Source: an uncultured Nitrospinota bacterium (GTDB lineage Bacteria; Tectomicrobia; Entotheonellia; J063; CAVPRW01). Taken from it: a stretch of 64,000 nt of DNA. The translations under genes were made by a program, and so were the position numbers. Positions 1-11,210 of the stretch are shown here, piece by piece. Positions within the stretch are counted from its first letter, which is position 1, and each line of letters starts with the position of its first letter. The stretch lies in NCBI GenBank assembly GCA_963707985.1, contig CAVPRW010000009.1, forward strand, positions 64,001 to 128,000. The letters run 5' to 3'. The notes beneath the pieces were generated by a model, which saw only the letters and a program-made list of their open reading frames with translations, searched no databases and was not told the DNA's origin.

Positions 1-172
1 CGTCCAGCACCGGGGCAAAGCTCTCGATGGCTCCTCCCCAACCGTGCAACAACAGCACTTGAGGACCCTGACCACCCACCTGAGAGCGCACAGTCAGGCC
101 ATCGATCTGCAGCACATCCTGGCGCCAGGGGCCCATGGCAGCATCGTCGAGCGCGGTTGAGGACTGTATCAT
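1..172 (-). CDS. Alpha/beta hydrolase, N-terminal part (runs off window start)
   Basis: Manual translation MIQSST...GQGPQVLLLHGWGGAIESF; ATG overlaps the ddl stop (ATGA). Confidence 0.75.
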   Translation of the reverse strand, partial: MIQSSTALDDAAMGPWRQDVLQIDGLTVRSQVGGQGPQVLLLHGWGGAIESFAPVLD

Positions 173-1387
173 GGTCTCTGCCGCATGCTTTCGGAGGTGG
201 GCTCGTCCTTCTTGCGCAGCAGATTCACCTCGAACGAGAACTGGGTCTGGACGCGTGCCTGATGGCGTTCGCACGCGATGGTGATGAGGCTGTCCACCAA
301 CTCATCGAAGGGCAGGCCCGTCGCTTCCCAGAGATAGAAGGCCAGAGAGCCGGGGATGGAGTTCACTTCGTTGAGATACAGGGCATCGCTGTCCGACTGG
401 TACAGGAAGTCGATACGCGAGGTCCCTGCCGCGTCAATGGCACGGAATGCCTGCATAGCGAGGTTTTGCACGCGTTCCGCGAGCGCTGCCGTGATGGGGG
501 CTGGAATGAGGCGATCCAGCGAGGCCATGCCTCCGGGTTGCTTAGCGTGTTTGGCACTTTTGCCGCCGCGTTTGTACTTGGCATCGAAGGAAAGAATCGC
601 CTCATGCGTGACTGGTTGTTCGCATACTGACACACGCGCCGGTGGTCCCATGACGGCGCAGTTGATCTCGATGAAGTCGGTGAGAGCGGGTTCGACGATA
701 ACACGGCCATCCAGGATCAGCGCCGCGGCAATGGCTTCGCGCAGCGTCCCACGGTCATGGCAGCGCTTCACCCCGATGCTGCTACCCAGGCAGACGGGTT
801 TGACGATCACGGGATAGGCAAATGCCGCCTCGATGCGGTCGACGATCCCGGCCGGCTCTTGGCCCCATTCGGCACGCCCTAGGACCACCCAATCCAGCAC
901 TGGGATACCAACACCACGGCAGATGACCTTGGTCAGGGCTTTATCCATGGCGATGGCTGAGGCAGCGACCCCAGCGCCAACGTATGGGACGTCGGCAAGC
1001 TCGAACAGTCCCTGTACGCTGCCATCTTCTCCGAAGCTACCATGCAAACAGGGGAAAAATACCTCGGCCCAGAGTTGGGGCGGTTTCCTGAAGAGGCCCT
1101 GGCCGCCTACCCGGATGGACGACCAATTGTCGGATCGAGCGGTCCGGACTTAAACTGACATGCACGACCCCAGTGGCACGGGTCGGCTCACCCGCTGGAT
1201 CGGTATATAATTTGAGGTTGTGCAAGCTTTCACCTGCATACCATTGGCCATCCTTCTCGATGTAAATCGGTAGGACGCGATGACCGGCTGCCTTCAGAGC
1301 GTCCATGATTTGATGACCGGTAATGACAGATACTTCGTGCTCCACAGAGCGCCCACCAAATAAAACCGCCACCGTTTTCTCTGCCAT
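169..1387 (-). CDS. ddl: D-alanine--D-alanine ligase family protein, split by one frameshift near 1110
   Basis: N-terminal VLFGGRSVEHEVS (ORF 1037-1414) and C-terminal HGSFGEDG, KPVCLGSSIGV, LNEVNSIPG (ORF 169-1047). Removing one G at ~1110 joins the frames. Confidence 0.88.
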
Positions 1388-1535
1388 AGTGTTGCACCAG
1401 TCTCCATGCATCAAGGCCGTAGTTCAGGTGTGTGCCGGACGTTTGAGCGGTGCCATGCGTCTGGTTAGCAAGGCTCAATCTATCGCAGCGGATCGTCGAG
1501 GTCAAGAATTCCCTTTCCGCCGCAGGTGGGCGCCG

Positions 1536-3131
1536 CTAGAGCACCCGTCCGGGCGCGCGCCTGATGAAGAACACCAACGGCATGACGACGACACACAGCG
1601 CTGTCATCAGGAGGAAGCAATCCTGGTAGGCCATCATGGTGGATTCGAGGCTGAGCTGTCGCTGCACCAGGCCCAGTGATTTCAGCCCTAACATACTCTC
1701 CGTCTCACCGGCCTTGGCCAGGAATGCTCTAATTGGTGCCCATAGGTCCGTCCAGGGGAGCGATGAGAGGGTTTGCTGTTGGTCGAGCATATGAGCGTGA
1801 TAGAGTGTCCGGTGCTCGAGAAACGTAGCCATGACGGCGATGCCAACGGTTCCCCCAAGGCCTTGCTGCATGATGTTGATCAGCCCTGAGCCCATACGCA
1901 CTCGGTCGGCGGGCAGGGTCATCAAGGAGGCGGCGTTCATCGGTGTGAACACGAAGGCAATGCTGAAATAGCGCCAGATGATCAGCCAGATGATCACCTG
2001 CATCGGCGTGTCGAGCGTCACAGACGAGAACCAATAGCATGACAGAGCAAATAGCCCTAAACCGAAGAGCACGATCAGCCGCCGATCGATCAGATCTGCC
2101 AGGCGGCCCGCCCCTAAGGTGGTAAATGCCATGATGAAGGCCCCGGGGAGCATGGCAAATCCCGCCTGTGCCGGTGTGTAGTCCAGGGTGCGTTGCATGA
2201 GAATGGTCTGCATGAAATTGCTGGCCCAAAAGTTCACGGCATTGATCAGGATCACCACGGAGACAATGGCAAAGCCAAAGTTGGTATACAGGCGCAGGTC
2301 CACCAGGGGCTCGTCCCGCCAGAGCTCGATCACCACAAACAACACAAACGTCACGCCGCTGGCCATGAGCAGGCGCTGGATGAACGGCGCATCCCACCCC
2401 TGACGATGCCCCTGACTCAGAGCGATCAGCAAGCACACCAGGAACACCGCCAGGGTGACCAGACCTGCCAGGTCGAGGGACCGGCGCTGTGCGTCCCGCG
2501 TGTTTGGCAGGACCAGGAATACCAATGCCATGCACAGGAGACCGGGAACGAGATTTAAATAGAAGACCGCCCTCCAGCTCAAAAAGTCAGTGAGATAGCC
2601 CCCCATCACCGGGCCGACCGCCGGCCCAAACGCCGCAGCCAGCCCGAACAACCCCATCGCCAGCCCACGTTCTCGTGGGGGGAAGGCCTCGTTCAACAGG
2701 ACCATAGCCATCGGAATCAGCGGTCCGCCGCCTACCCCCTGCACGATGCGGAAAAAGATCAACGCGCCTCCATTCCACGCCAGTCCGGAAAGGGCCGAGC
2801 CGGAAATGAACGTCAACAGACTGAGCAGGAAGAGATTGCGATTGCCCACGCAATTCCCCAACCAGCCGACGGTGGGGATGAGCACCGCACTGGCGATCAT
2901 GTATGCCGTGATGACCCACTGGACTTCGTCGAGATTCATGCTGAAAGTGGTCATGATCGGCGGCAAGGCGACGTTGACCGTTGCACCGCTGACCACCACC
3001 AGAAACGCCCCAAGCATCACCGTGGCAGTTACCCACCACTTGTAGGATGGATGATCGGGAGCGATCCAGGGCGTGGAGCCTTTTGTGGCAGGATCTCGGT
3101 GGATCAACGGCGGGTGCTGCAGTCGTGCCAT
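1536..3131 (-). CDS. DHA2 (EmrB/QacA) family MFS efflux transporter
   Basis: 531 aa with many hydrophobic helices; VNVALP, FRIVQGVGGG, GPVMGGYLTD motifs. Confidence 0.92.
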   Translation of the reverse strand: MARLQHPPLIHRDPATKGSTPWIAPDHPSYKWWVTATVMLGAFLVVVSGATVNVALPPIMTTFSMNLDEVQWVITAYMIASAVLIPTVGWLGNCVGNRNLFLLSLLTFISGSALSGLAWNGGALIFFRIVQGVGGGPLIPMAMVLLNEAFPPRERGLAMGLFGLAAAFGPAVGPVMGGYLTDFLSWRAVFYLNLVPGLLCMALVFLVLPNTRDAQRRSLDLAGLVTLAVFLVCLLIALSQGHRQGWDAPFIQRLLMASGVTFVLFVVIELWRDEPLVDLRLYTNFGFAIVSVVILINAVNFWASNFMQTILMQRTLDYTPAQAGFAMLPGAFIMAFTTLGAGRLADLIDRRLIVLFGLGLFALSCYWFSSVTLDTPMQVIIWLIIWRYFSIAFVFTPMNAASLMTLPADRVRMGSGLINIMQQGLGGTVGIAVMATFLEHRTLYHAHMLDQQQTLSSLPWTDLWAPIRAFLAKAGETESMLGLKSLGLVQRQLSLESTMMAYQDCFLLMTALCVVVMPLVFFIRRAPGRVL

Positions 3132-3272
3132 CGAAAGTTGCTTTCAACAGGCGTGGCGATGAGGTTTTACGTCAACTGTTTGGTTGAACCGCGCCATCTC
3201 GATCAGAGCGCTTGGCTCGTCAATGATTTCGGCTAGATACGTGGGGTGATAGCATCGACAAGCGGTCAGCGC

Positions 3273-3860
3273 TCAACAAGGCTGGCCATTGACCAGTGAG
3301 GCACAAACCGGGTTGGCAAAGAGAGAAAGTACCCAGTTGCTGATAGCTTTGCCATCAAACCAGGGAGCCGGATTGTCAAAGGTCACCTCTAGAGCCTCCG
3401 GGGCGTCGAGCCAGACCTGACGCTGTTCGAGCTTGGGACTCAAGCGTAGTTGCAGCACCGTTGTCCCGCGTCGGGTGATATCCATGACCCCGAGGTTGCC
3501 GCGAAATTCATAGTTGCCGGAGACCACGACGTGCCGCTGCGCGCAGTCGATGCTGAGAATTGACAGCGGTGAGAGGCGGGCATTGCCTTCGTCGAGCTGC
3601 GCTGTCGCAGGAAAGCCGCGCATGAGGCGCAAATCGAGGATGTTCTGGAGGTGGGGGGCGCTCTCCCGGAGCAAGATCTGGCAGGGATCTTGTGAGGGTT
3701 CCGCCTCTTGGGGCAGCAGTTTCCCTTCACCGCCCAGAGTGTAGAGCATCGGCACGAGCGACCATAATAACCACCCCACGACGATCCAGGATCGCTGCCC
3801 CAACGGCGCCGGGGTACTGGAGCAACATCGATTATGGTGGACTTCCCAACGCATCGACAA
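3273..3860 (-). CDS. Hypothetical protein with N-terminal hydrophobic anchor
   Basis: 195-aa ORF directly downstream of the RNase II gene on the same strand; family not recognised. Confidence 0.55.
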   Translation of the reverse strand: MSMRWEVHHNRCCSSTPAPLGQRSWIVVGWLLWSLVPMLYTLGGEGKLLPQEAEPSQDPCQILLRESAPHLQNILDLRLMRGFPATAQLDEGNARLSPLSILSIDCAQRHVVVSGNYEFRGNLGVMDITRRGTTVLQLRLSPKLEQRQVWLDAPEALEVTFDNPAPWFDGKAISNWVLSLFANPVCASLVNGQPC

Positions 3861-3874
3861 GGTTTTCCCGCGAC

Positions 3875-5908
3875 TCAGGCAACAGGGGTAACTTTCAGCG
3901 TTCCCGTGCGTGGTTGAACGGTTTCGATGCGCACCTGCACGGGGTCGCCCGGGGCGAGTTCTTTCCCGCCGACGGGGATATCGATCTCCTGCATCATCTC
4001 GGGGAGCAAGACCAGGTAATTACGTGGAAAACGATCCAACACGATGCCGCCGAACACAGCACCTTGGTGTTGGCCGAGATAGCGCAAGAGCCAGTATCGG
4101 CGCCGGTCGTGATCAACCGTCCCGGCCCGGCTCAACGCCGCTTCGACTTCCGTGAGAATGGTTTTGACCCGCTCTTCATCATACAACGGCTCACCGCGTT
4201 CCAGATAGGCATGCAGTTGCCGGTGTGAAAGCAAATCCACATAGCGCCGTAGGGGTGAGGTGAAGGTCGTGTAGATGTCGACGCCCAAGCTGCTATGGCG
4301 GGTCGGCTGCAGTCCGATTCTGGCAGGACTCATGGCTCGTTGCTGGCGATAATGCAAGACCGGATCGTAGGTTAAGGACGTCGGGAAGGTCTCGCGGGGA
4401 GCGGCTTGGCCGCGATACACAATGGGGATTTGACGCTGAGCGCAGAACTGCCCCACCAGCGAGTTGGCCAAAATCATGAACTCGGAGACGAGGATTTGAC
4501 TGGGCGCCTCGCGATCGGTGAGTCGCATGGTAATCTGCTTGTCACGATCGACAAAGAGATCGACCTGGGGGATCGGCAAGGCGATCGCACCGTTGTCGAA
4601 TCTGGACTGGCGCAGACGTTGGGCAATCTCGAACCCCTGTGTGAGTCGTGGCTCATGGCCGATGCGGGCATCGGCGTCCTGGTAGGTCAAGCGTTCGGCG
4701 ACGCGGATGAGACTGGGGACGATCTGGTAATCGACGATCTCTCCCTCAGGTGTCAACGTCACCAACAGGCTCATGGCTGGTCGCACCTCCCCCGCCACGA
4801 GGCTCAGCGCTCCTTCAGACAGGAGCGGTGGGAGCATAGGGATCTTTCCCTCGGGGAAGTACAAAGAGGTGGCGCGGTCGCATGCCTCGCGGTCGAGCAG
4901 CATATCCGGCCGGATCACGCTTGCCGGGTCGGCAATATGTACCCCAAGTAAGACCAAGCCATCCGCAACCTCACAGCTCACCGCATCATCGATATCCTGG
5001 GTCAACTCACTATCGATGCTCATGGTGTGCAGGGCCGTCAAATCCCGGCGCTGATCAACCCCTCTGCCTTCCCTCTCGATGACCTCGTGCGCCGCGTGCG
5101 CCGCCTCCTCTAGGACCTCCGGGCTAAAGCTCGTCGGTACACCTAGACGCAGCAACAGGATATTTTCGTCCTCCTCCCACACACCAAGACGAACCAGCAA
5201 TCTGAACGGTGCATCGGCAGCCGTGACCTCGGCCCGGTTGAGGAGATCACGCGCCAAGCGGTAGCGCGGCGCCTCGGTGTCGTGCAGCGCATATTCCTTC
5301 AGGATCTCGATCCAGGTCCCCTGCGCCGCCAATTCTGCGGGAGCTGGCGTATACCCTTCCCAGATGGCCTTGACGAATGCCGCGGCGGCGGTCAGTTCGC
5401 GTTCGCGCTCAGCTTTGCGAATCTTTTGATGCAGGAGCTGTTCGACTGTCTCCGGAGGGTTGGGAACAAAGGTATCAGCCTTGCGGGAAAAGTGGATGGT
5501 GTCATCCCAGCAAGCGCGATACATGGCCGCGGTATGATCGGGCGTCACTTCCTCGCCAAAGACGAGACCAGCCAGAAAGGCGCAGTCATAGGCTTCCGGC
5601 TCAGCCCAGACGAGCTCCCAGACGTCGGCGAGATCGATCCGCGAACGCAGCTCCTCGCGACGCTTGGCAATGTCCCGCAGCGATTGAATGAGCTGATCTC
5701 GGTCCTTCTGGACATTGAGGGCATGCGGGGCAACGTGGAGAAAACGGCTCTCAGGGAGATTGATCTCACGGTCGCCCTCGGTCAGGATCAAGAAACGCTC
5801 CCCCTTGATCTCTAGACAGACGCCGAGCGTCAGCTTCTTATCGACAAAGAATTCCACGACCGTGCCACGCCACTGGGCCTTCGGATCCGTTTTCGTCGAG
5901 GTCGCCAT
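3875..5908 (-). CDS. rnb: Ribonuclease II/R (RNB domain) exoribonuclease
   Basis: SIDSELTQDIDDA, VHIAD, FTSPLRRYVDL motifs and a C-terminal S1-like region; start taken at MATSTK after a GAGGA RBS. Confidence 0.9.
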   Translation of the reverse strand: MATSTKTDPKAQWRGTVVEFFVDKKLTLGVCLEIKGERFLILTEGDREINLPESRFLHVAPHALNVQKDRDQLIQSLRDIAKRREELRSRIDLADVWELVWAEPEAYDCAFLAGLVFGEEVTPDHTAAMYRACWDDTIHFSRKADTFVPNPPETVEQLLHQKIRKAERERELTAAAAFVKAIWEGYTPAPAELAAQGTWIEILKEYALHDTEAPRYRLARDLLNRAEVTAADAPFRLLVRLGVWEEDENILLLRLGVPTSFSPEVLEEAAHAAHEVIEREGRGVDQRRDLTALHTMSIDSELTQDIDDAVSCEVADGLVLLGVHIADPASVIRPDMLLDREACDRATSLYFPEGKIPMLPPLLSEGALSLVAGEVRPAMSLLVTLTPEGEIVDYQIVPSLIRVAERLTYQDADARIGHEPRLTQGFEIAQRLRQSRFDNGAIALPIPQVDLFVDRDKQITMRLTDREAPSQILVSEFMILANSLVGQFCAQRQIPIVYRGQAAPRETFPTSLTYDPVLHYRQQRAMSPARIGLQPTRHSSLGVDIYTTFTSPLRRYVDLLSHRQLHAYLERGEPLYDEERVKTILTEVEAALSRAGTVDHDRRRYWLLRYLGQHQGAVFGGIVLDRFPRNYLVLLPEMMQEIDIPVGGKELAPGDPVQVRIETVQPRTGTLKVTPVA

Positions 5909-6008
5909 GGAGTCCTCAAGATAGGTAGTCTCACCGCGGTGTGTTGCGCTGCTTCCTTGCGTCATCCCGCCACGTCCCCAGGGGGAATGTCGCCGCTGCA
6001 GCACAGCC

Positions 6009-6069
6009 ACGATAATGAATCTTCAAATGCGTGTCAACTGTTGACGCGACCCCTTTCGCTGGCTACATT
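6009..6069. promoter_or_regulatory. Back-to-back sigma70-like promoters for rnb and rluB
   Basis: Plus strand: TTGACG(6041-46)-17-TACATT(6064-69). Minus strand: TTGACA(6037-32)-17-TATCGT(6014-09). Confidence 0.55.
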
Positions 6070-6117
6070 GGAGAAAGTTGTAGGAATGCTCCCCTCTAGG
6101 ATAGATGAGAATATACC

Positions 6118-6867
6118 ATGGACATGCGCTTACAAAAAGTGCTCGCACAAGCTGGTCTGGCGTCTCGTCGAGAGGCGGAACATTGGATTCAGGCAGGGCG
6201 CATCTCGGTCAACGGCAAAGTAGTCACCACGCTCGGCACCCAGGCGGACCCGGTGGTCGACCGCATTGCCGTCGACGGTAAGGTGATCAATCGTCTGGAG
6301 CCCAAGGTATACTATCTGTTGAACAAGCCCACTGGCTATGTCAGTACCTGCGAGGATGAGCTCGGCCGTCCAACGGTCCTCGATCTCCTCAAGCTGGTCA
6401 AATTTCGTCTCTTTCCCGTCGGCCGCTTGGATTGGGACAGCGAAGGCCTGCTGTTGCTGACCAACGACGGCGAGCTGGCGCAACGGTTGTTGCATCCGCG
6501 CTTTCACATCCGGCGCACCTACCTGGCCAAGGTTGAAGGGATTCCGACAGTGCAGGCCTTGCAGCGCTTGACCACAGCCGGCGACCCAGCGGCCCCCCCG
6601 AAGCGTCGGCCAACAGCGCGGATTATCAAGGTCGGAGAACGCCATGCCTGGTTAGAGATACGTCTCTGGGAAGGCAAGAATCGCCAGGTCCGACGGATGT
6701 GCGAAGCCGTGGGGCATCCGGTCAGACGTTTGCGTCGGGTGCAGTTTGCCGGGCTTGACACCATGGGATTATCATCCGGCCAGTATCGTCCCCTATCTCT
6801 GACAGAAGTGCGCACTCTCAAGCAGTTGGCCGGATTTGAGCAACCGTCGACGCGCGTCCACTCGTGA
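6118..6867 (+). CDS. rluB: RsuA/RluB family rRNA pseudouridine synthase
   Basis: S4 domain RLQKVLAQAGLASRR, LNKP, GRLD, EGKNRQVRRM. Confidence 0.92.
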   Translation: MDMRLQKVLAQAGLASRREAEHWIQAGRISVNGKVVTTLGTQADPVVDRIAVDGKVINRLEPKVYYLLNKPTGYVSTCEDELGRPTVLDLLKLVKFRLFPVGRLDWDSEGLLLLTNDGELAQRLLHPRFHIRRTYLAKVEGIPTVQALQRLTTAGDPAAPPKRRPTARIIKVGERHAWLEIRLWEGKNRQVRRMCEAVGHPVRRLRRVQFAGLDTMGLSSGQYRPLSLTEVRTLKQLAGFEQPSTRVHS

Positions 6868-6941
6868 CGCCGCGCACCAGCCCGACCACCAGCCGCCGTG
6901 GCTGAGCTCTCTGAGGTGAACGTTTGTCGTGGGCTTTGTCT

Positions 6942-6971
6942 TTGACATCTCAGGAAAAATTCTGCTAGAAT
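6942..6971 (+). promoter_or_regulatory. Sigma70-like promoter (extended -10) upstream of pgsA
   Basis: TTGACA-18 nt-TAGAAT preceded by TGn. Confidence 0.6.
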
Positions 6972-7178
6972 AGCATCGCTCTAGTATGGAACGTGACGCC
7001 CGTACTCCCCTTGGCGTCTTCTCGCCCCCACACGACTGTTGGTTCCGTTCCACCAGGCCGGGACGCGACGGGACAAAGCGTTCGGGTTTGCGCGTGGGAG
7101 AGGCGTCCTGCATCGTGGGTGGGCGCTACAGACTGCAACCACAGACGCTGACATTTCCGAACGTAGAATAGGACCTCG

Positions 7179-7763
7179 ATGACGCTGGCCAATCAACTGA
7201 CGGTCCTTCGCATTCTGCTCATCCCGGTATTTGTCCTGTTGCTGGTCTATGATGCGCGCATCGCTGCGCTCATCGTGTTTTTGCTCACCGGCCTCAGCGA
7301 CGTTCTGGACGGATACATTGCCCGCACCTGGCGGCAGCAAACCACCCTGGGCGCTTTCCTGGACCCAATCGCCGATAAGCTGCTGATGGTGACCACTTTT
7401 GCCACACTGGCCCTGCTGCAGGCCTTACCCCTGTTCTTGAGCATCCTGCTTATCGGCCGTGATGTCCTCCTCAGCCTGATGATCGGTATTGTCCTGTGGA
7501 CCACTGGACGGCGATTATCGGAGCCGTCGCTGTTGGGCAGGGCGGCGATCTTTGGCCAGACATGGACCGTCGCCCTCGGACTTTTCTTCTATGTGTTCGA
7601 AGATTGGCCGGTCATTACCACCCTGCGCCCCTTTATTCTACTGCCGATCTTCGTCGCCACCGCCCTGTTAGCCATCGCTGCTGGCGTCCATTATATCTAC
7701 CAGCTCGTGCGTATGCTGTACCAGGTCGAAGCGCCGCTCGGCAAACGCATGCCCGTCCAATAA
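7179..7763 (+). CDS. pgsA: CDP-alcohol phosphatidyltransferase (PgsA-like)
   Basis: NQLTVLR and DVLDGYIAR...GAFLDPIADK signature. Confidence 0.88.
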   Translation: MTLANQLTVLRILLIPVFVLLLVYDARIAALIVFLLTGLSDVLDGYIARTWRQQTTLGAFLDPIADKLLMVTTFATLALLQALPLFLSILLIGRDVLLSLMIGIVLWTTGRRLSEPSLLGRAAIFGQTWTVALGLFFYVFEDWPVITTLRPFILLPIFVATALLAIAAGVHYIYQLVRMLYQVEAPLGKRMPVQ

Positions 7764-7775
7764 GCCCTACTCGCC

Positions 7776-8852
7776 GTGGAGACTGCGTCGGTGAACGCCT
7801 GGATACAGGCCCCATGGGTGAAAGCCCTCGTCCTGGTCGTGAGTCTGATGCTTGTCATCGTCGTCATCTACAGCCTGCGAGCGGTGCTCACCCCATTCTT
7901 TGTGGCGCTTGCCTTTGCCTACCTTCTCGACCCCATTGTGGAGGGCCTGGAACGGCTGCGCATACCACGAGGCGCCGCCTCCATCCTGGTGCTGATGACC
8001 GCCGTGGGGCTCGTGACCACATTGCTGTTGGTGCTCTACCCGGTGGTCAGATTGCAGGTGGAAATGCTCGCCGCTGAAGTTCCCCAGTATCTGGTGACCC
8101 TGCGGGAATGGCTGACCCCGTGGATCAATCGCCTGTCACAAATGGAGCCAGGTCGAATCCGTGGGCTGTTGGATGAGGTCTTACAGGGCTCCGAGGGCAT
8201 GCCCCTACGCATCCTGCAGACCCTGTCCTCGGTGGTGGTGGGGACGTTAGCCAGTCTGGGGGGCATCCTCACACTGGCACTGAATCTGATCGTCATCCCG
8301 GTTGCAACGTTCTATTTCCTACGGGATTTCAGCCGCATGCGCGCGGCGTTCCCGACCTTCTTGCCGATTAGCTACCGCCAGTGGTTGATGGAGAAATTGG
8401 CCGAAATCGACGACTTATTGTCCGGCTTTGTACGCGGTCAACTGCTGGTTGCGGTGATCCTGATGGGTCTGTATAGCATTGGGCTCTCTCTTGCCGGCAC
8501 TCCGTCAGGGGTGCTGTTTGGTATGTTGACCGGGGCGGCGAACATCATCCCATTCATGGGATTGGTCGTGGGGTTCATCCCGACGCTGATCCTTACGTTC
8601 CTGCGGCACCATGATTGGCAGCATCCGGTGGGCGTGGTGGCGGTGTTCGCGGTGGTGCAGATGATCGAGAGCAATGTCGTCTCCCCGAAAATCGTCGGCG
8701 AGCGCCTGGGCCTGCACCCGGTGGTGGTGATTTTGGCAGTGCTGGTGGGTGGGCAGCTCTGCGGTTTTCTCGGCATTCTCCTGGCCGTGCCGACGACGGC
8801 GGTCATCAAGGTCTTTTGGCGCGATGTGCTGGCCTTCTACCGAGAGATCTGA
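7776..8852 (+). CDS. AI-2E family transporter
   Basis: AYLLDP, FVRGQ, ESNVVSPKIVGERLGLHP, GILLAVP motifs. Confidence 0.92.
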   Translation: METASVNAWIQAPWVKALVLVVSLMLVIVVIYSLRAVLTPFFVALAFAYLLDPIVEGLERLRIPRGAASILVLMTAVGLVTTLLLVLYPVVRLQVEMLAAEVPQYLVTLREWLTPWINRLSQMEPGRIRGLLDEVLQGSEGMPLRILQTLSSVVVGTLASLGGILTLALNLIVIPVATFYFLRDFSRMRAAFPTFLPISYRQWLMEKLAEIDDLLSGFVRGQLLVAVILMGLYSIGLSLAGTPSGVLFGMLTGAANIIPFMGLVVGFIPTLILTFLRHHDWQHPVGVVAVFAVVQMIESNVVSPKIVGERLGLHPVVVILAVLVGGQLCGFLGILLAVPTTAVIKVFWRDVLAFYREI

Positions 8853-8860
8853 CGGGATCG

Positions 8861-9721
8861 TCATCCCTGGAGGGGTAACATCGGTTGCAAGGCATCGCTC
8901 AGTCGGGCAAACTCATCGAGGCTGAGTGTTTCTCCACGGCGGCTGGGTACAATGCCGCTGTGCTCGATGGTTTGGCGCAGGATGGCGGGCTCGATCAGCG
9001 GCAACGCGTGGCGCAGCGCGTTGGTGAGCGTCTTCCGGCGCTGGGCGAACGCCGCATGAATGATGCGGAACAGACAAGCCTCATCCTGGACCGCCACGGA
9101 AGGGGTCGGGCGGGGGATGATGCGGACCACCGTGGACATCACCTTTGGTGGCGGAGAAAAAGCCGATGGCGGTACATGGAAGCCTTTATCGACAGACGCA
9201 TACCATTGCGTCATGAGTGTCAGGCTGCCATATGCCTTGGTGCCTGGACTAGCATAAAGCCGTTCGGCCACCTCTCGCTGCAGCATGATCACGGCACAGC
9301 GCAGGCGGGAGCGCTGGCTGAGCAGTCGCGTCAGAATAGCCACCGCCGTGCCATAGGGGAGATTGGCGACGACCTTGATGGGGATGGGTAGCTGATCGAA
9401 GTCGAAGGTGAGCGCATCCGCGTGCACGATTTCCACCTGAGGCCTATCGGCAAAACGCTGTTGCAGGGGAGCAATGAGATCGCGATCTAACTCCAGGGCC
9501 AAGAGTCGTCCGACTCTGCTCGCTACAGCCTCAGTCAGTGTGCCTGTTCCGGCGCCGATCTCCACCACTACATCGTCTGGAGTGAGCTCAGCCAGGCGCA
9601 GGATGCCGCTGAGGATGGTCGGACTGACGAGAAAATGTTGTCCGAAGCGCTTTTTCGGATGGGGAGCGAACTTGTGGACCACTTCATGAGCGGACATCAT
9701 GGCGCGATGCAATAGCTTCAT
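8861..9721 (-). CDS. rsmA: 16S rRNA adenine dimethyltransferase
   Basis: PKKRFGQHFL, EIGAGTG, VANLPY, QRRKTL motifs. Confidence 0.95.
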   Translation of the reverse strand: MKLLHRAMMSAHEVVHKFAPHPKKRFGQHFLVSPTILSGILRLAELTPDDVVVEIGAGTGTLTEAVASRVGRLLALELDRDLIAPLQQRFADRPQVEIVHADALTFDFDQLPIPIKVVANLPYGTAVAILTRLLSQRSRLRCAVIMLQREVAERLYASPGTKAYGSLTLMTQWYASVDKGFHVPPSAFSPPPKVMSTVVRIIPRPTPSVAVQDEACLFRIIHAAFAQRRKTLTNALRHALPLIEPAILRQTIEHSGIVPSRRGETLSLDEFARLSDALQPMLPLQG

Positions 9722-9920
9722 TTCCTCGGTTTATGAGACGAGGTGGCCTGCAGCTTCCACGACGCCTGCACCCACGACTGCTCGACTTTAAAGCCGAACC
9801 CCATAAAATCAGGGTAGTATACCGTTTCCTGCCGGTCCGCTGCAAGCGCTGGCCCGGCGTTCGTGATGCCAGGAGCGCTGACTGTCCTTGTAGGTGAAGC
9901 CTAGCCGTCTTGGCAAGCGT

Positions 9921-10529
9921 TCACGACCAGAGTCGTTGGACATTGAGCGTAAACCCAGGGAGTAGCGGTTCTCCTGAAATTGTCAAAGGATTTTCTAAGC
10001 AATCCACCTCGGTATGCGGACGGTAGACGTAGACCTTTTTCTCTTGTGGATCAATGAGCCAGCCGAGCTGTGCCCCATTCACCACATATTCCTGCATTTT
10101 TGTCTGCAAGGTGGCTAAGTCATCCGAGCGCGAGCGGAGCTCAACCACAAAATCCGGACACAGGGGCGGGAACTCTTCTTGCTCTTCCACGGACAACGCC
10201 TCCCAACGAGACCGTTTGACCCAGGCGACATCTGGGGAGCGTTTGGCGCCATTGGGCAGCGTGAATCCCGTTGACGAATCAAAACCAAGCCCGGTCCCAT
10301 CCGCTTCCACCCACTGACTGAACAGCCCAATGAGGGTGAAATTGCGTGTTCCCGTCCGCCCGCCAGTTGGGGGCATCACGACTAGATCTCCTTCCCTGGT
10401 ACGCTCCAAACGCCACTCCGGGTTTGACTGGCAAAACGCGAAGAACTCATGGTCGCTCATCTTCCGCAGGATGGGGCCAAAATGCAGAATCAGTGGCTGG
10501 GATTCGGTGACAATGGCCGCTGGGCTCAT
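9921..10529 (-). CDS. Uma2 family endonuclease (DUF820)
   Basis: FDSSTGFTLPNGAKRSPDVAW, PDFVVELRS, GWLIDP. Confidence 0.92.
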   Translation of the reverse strand: MSPAAIVTESQPLILHFGPILRKMSDHEFFAFCQSNPEWRLERTREGDLVVMPPTGGRTGTRNFTLIGLFSQWVEADGTGLGFDSSTGFTLPNGAKRSPDVAWVKRSRWEALSVEEQEEFPPLCPDFVVELRSRSDDLATLQTKMQEYVVNGAQLGWLIDPQEKKVYVYRPHTEVDCLENPLTISGEPLLPGFTLNVQRLWS

Positions 10530-11210
10530 GCACTCACCCCCTTTCGGGTACGGACACGCCGTAGGATTAAGGCATATCAGGGCGACGCACATCTATAAGG
10601 ATATACTGCCGCCTTCTGTCTTGTCTATGATGCCTGCTCTCAAAGCTCGTCTGGGAAATAGTGCGGCGTGCGCCGAATCCCACCAGCGTTTCAGTTCTGG
10701 CCAATGGGCCAGGCATCGGCCGTGATCGAGAAGCACACATAGTTTCATGTGGCATGGTTGGCGGGGATTTGCCGCCATCGGCGCTCAGGGATGACCCACG
10801 AGCGTAACTTGTTCGCATCCAGTTCAACCATGACGCCCAGGCCATTGTCGGGGACCATCGCAGACACCTGTCTTGCCCAGAGCGGTGTCTTAGGGAGGTC
10901 AGGTGCGACAAACCTGCCTGGCCCGATAAGCAATCCACACCGATCGCTTGCGGATGACGGCATACTCATGTACCGCTGTTGGGACGAATCGATTTACCGC
11001 GCGGTGGACGTCGCCCATCGAGTCAGCTGGGGTGACCCCATGCATCATGGCTCTGTCAGAACTGATACCTATAGCACAAAAACCTCGAAAGTTTGCCCGA
11101 GAAGCGTGATAGGACTGTATGTCCTCGCAATCGTCACGACCCCATCCTCGGATGGCTTAGTCATAACTACCATTGCCCGTATGCATTACGCTGGAGTAGT
11201 AGAGACCGCC

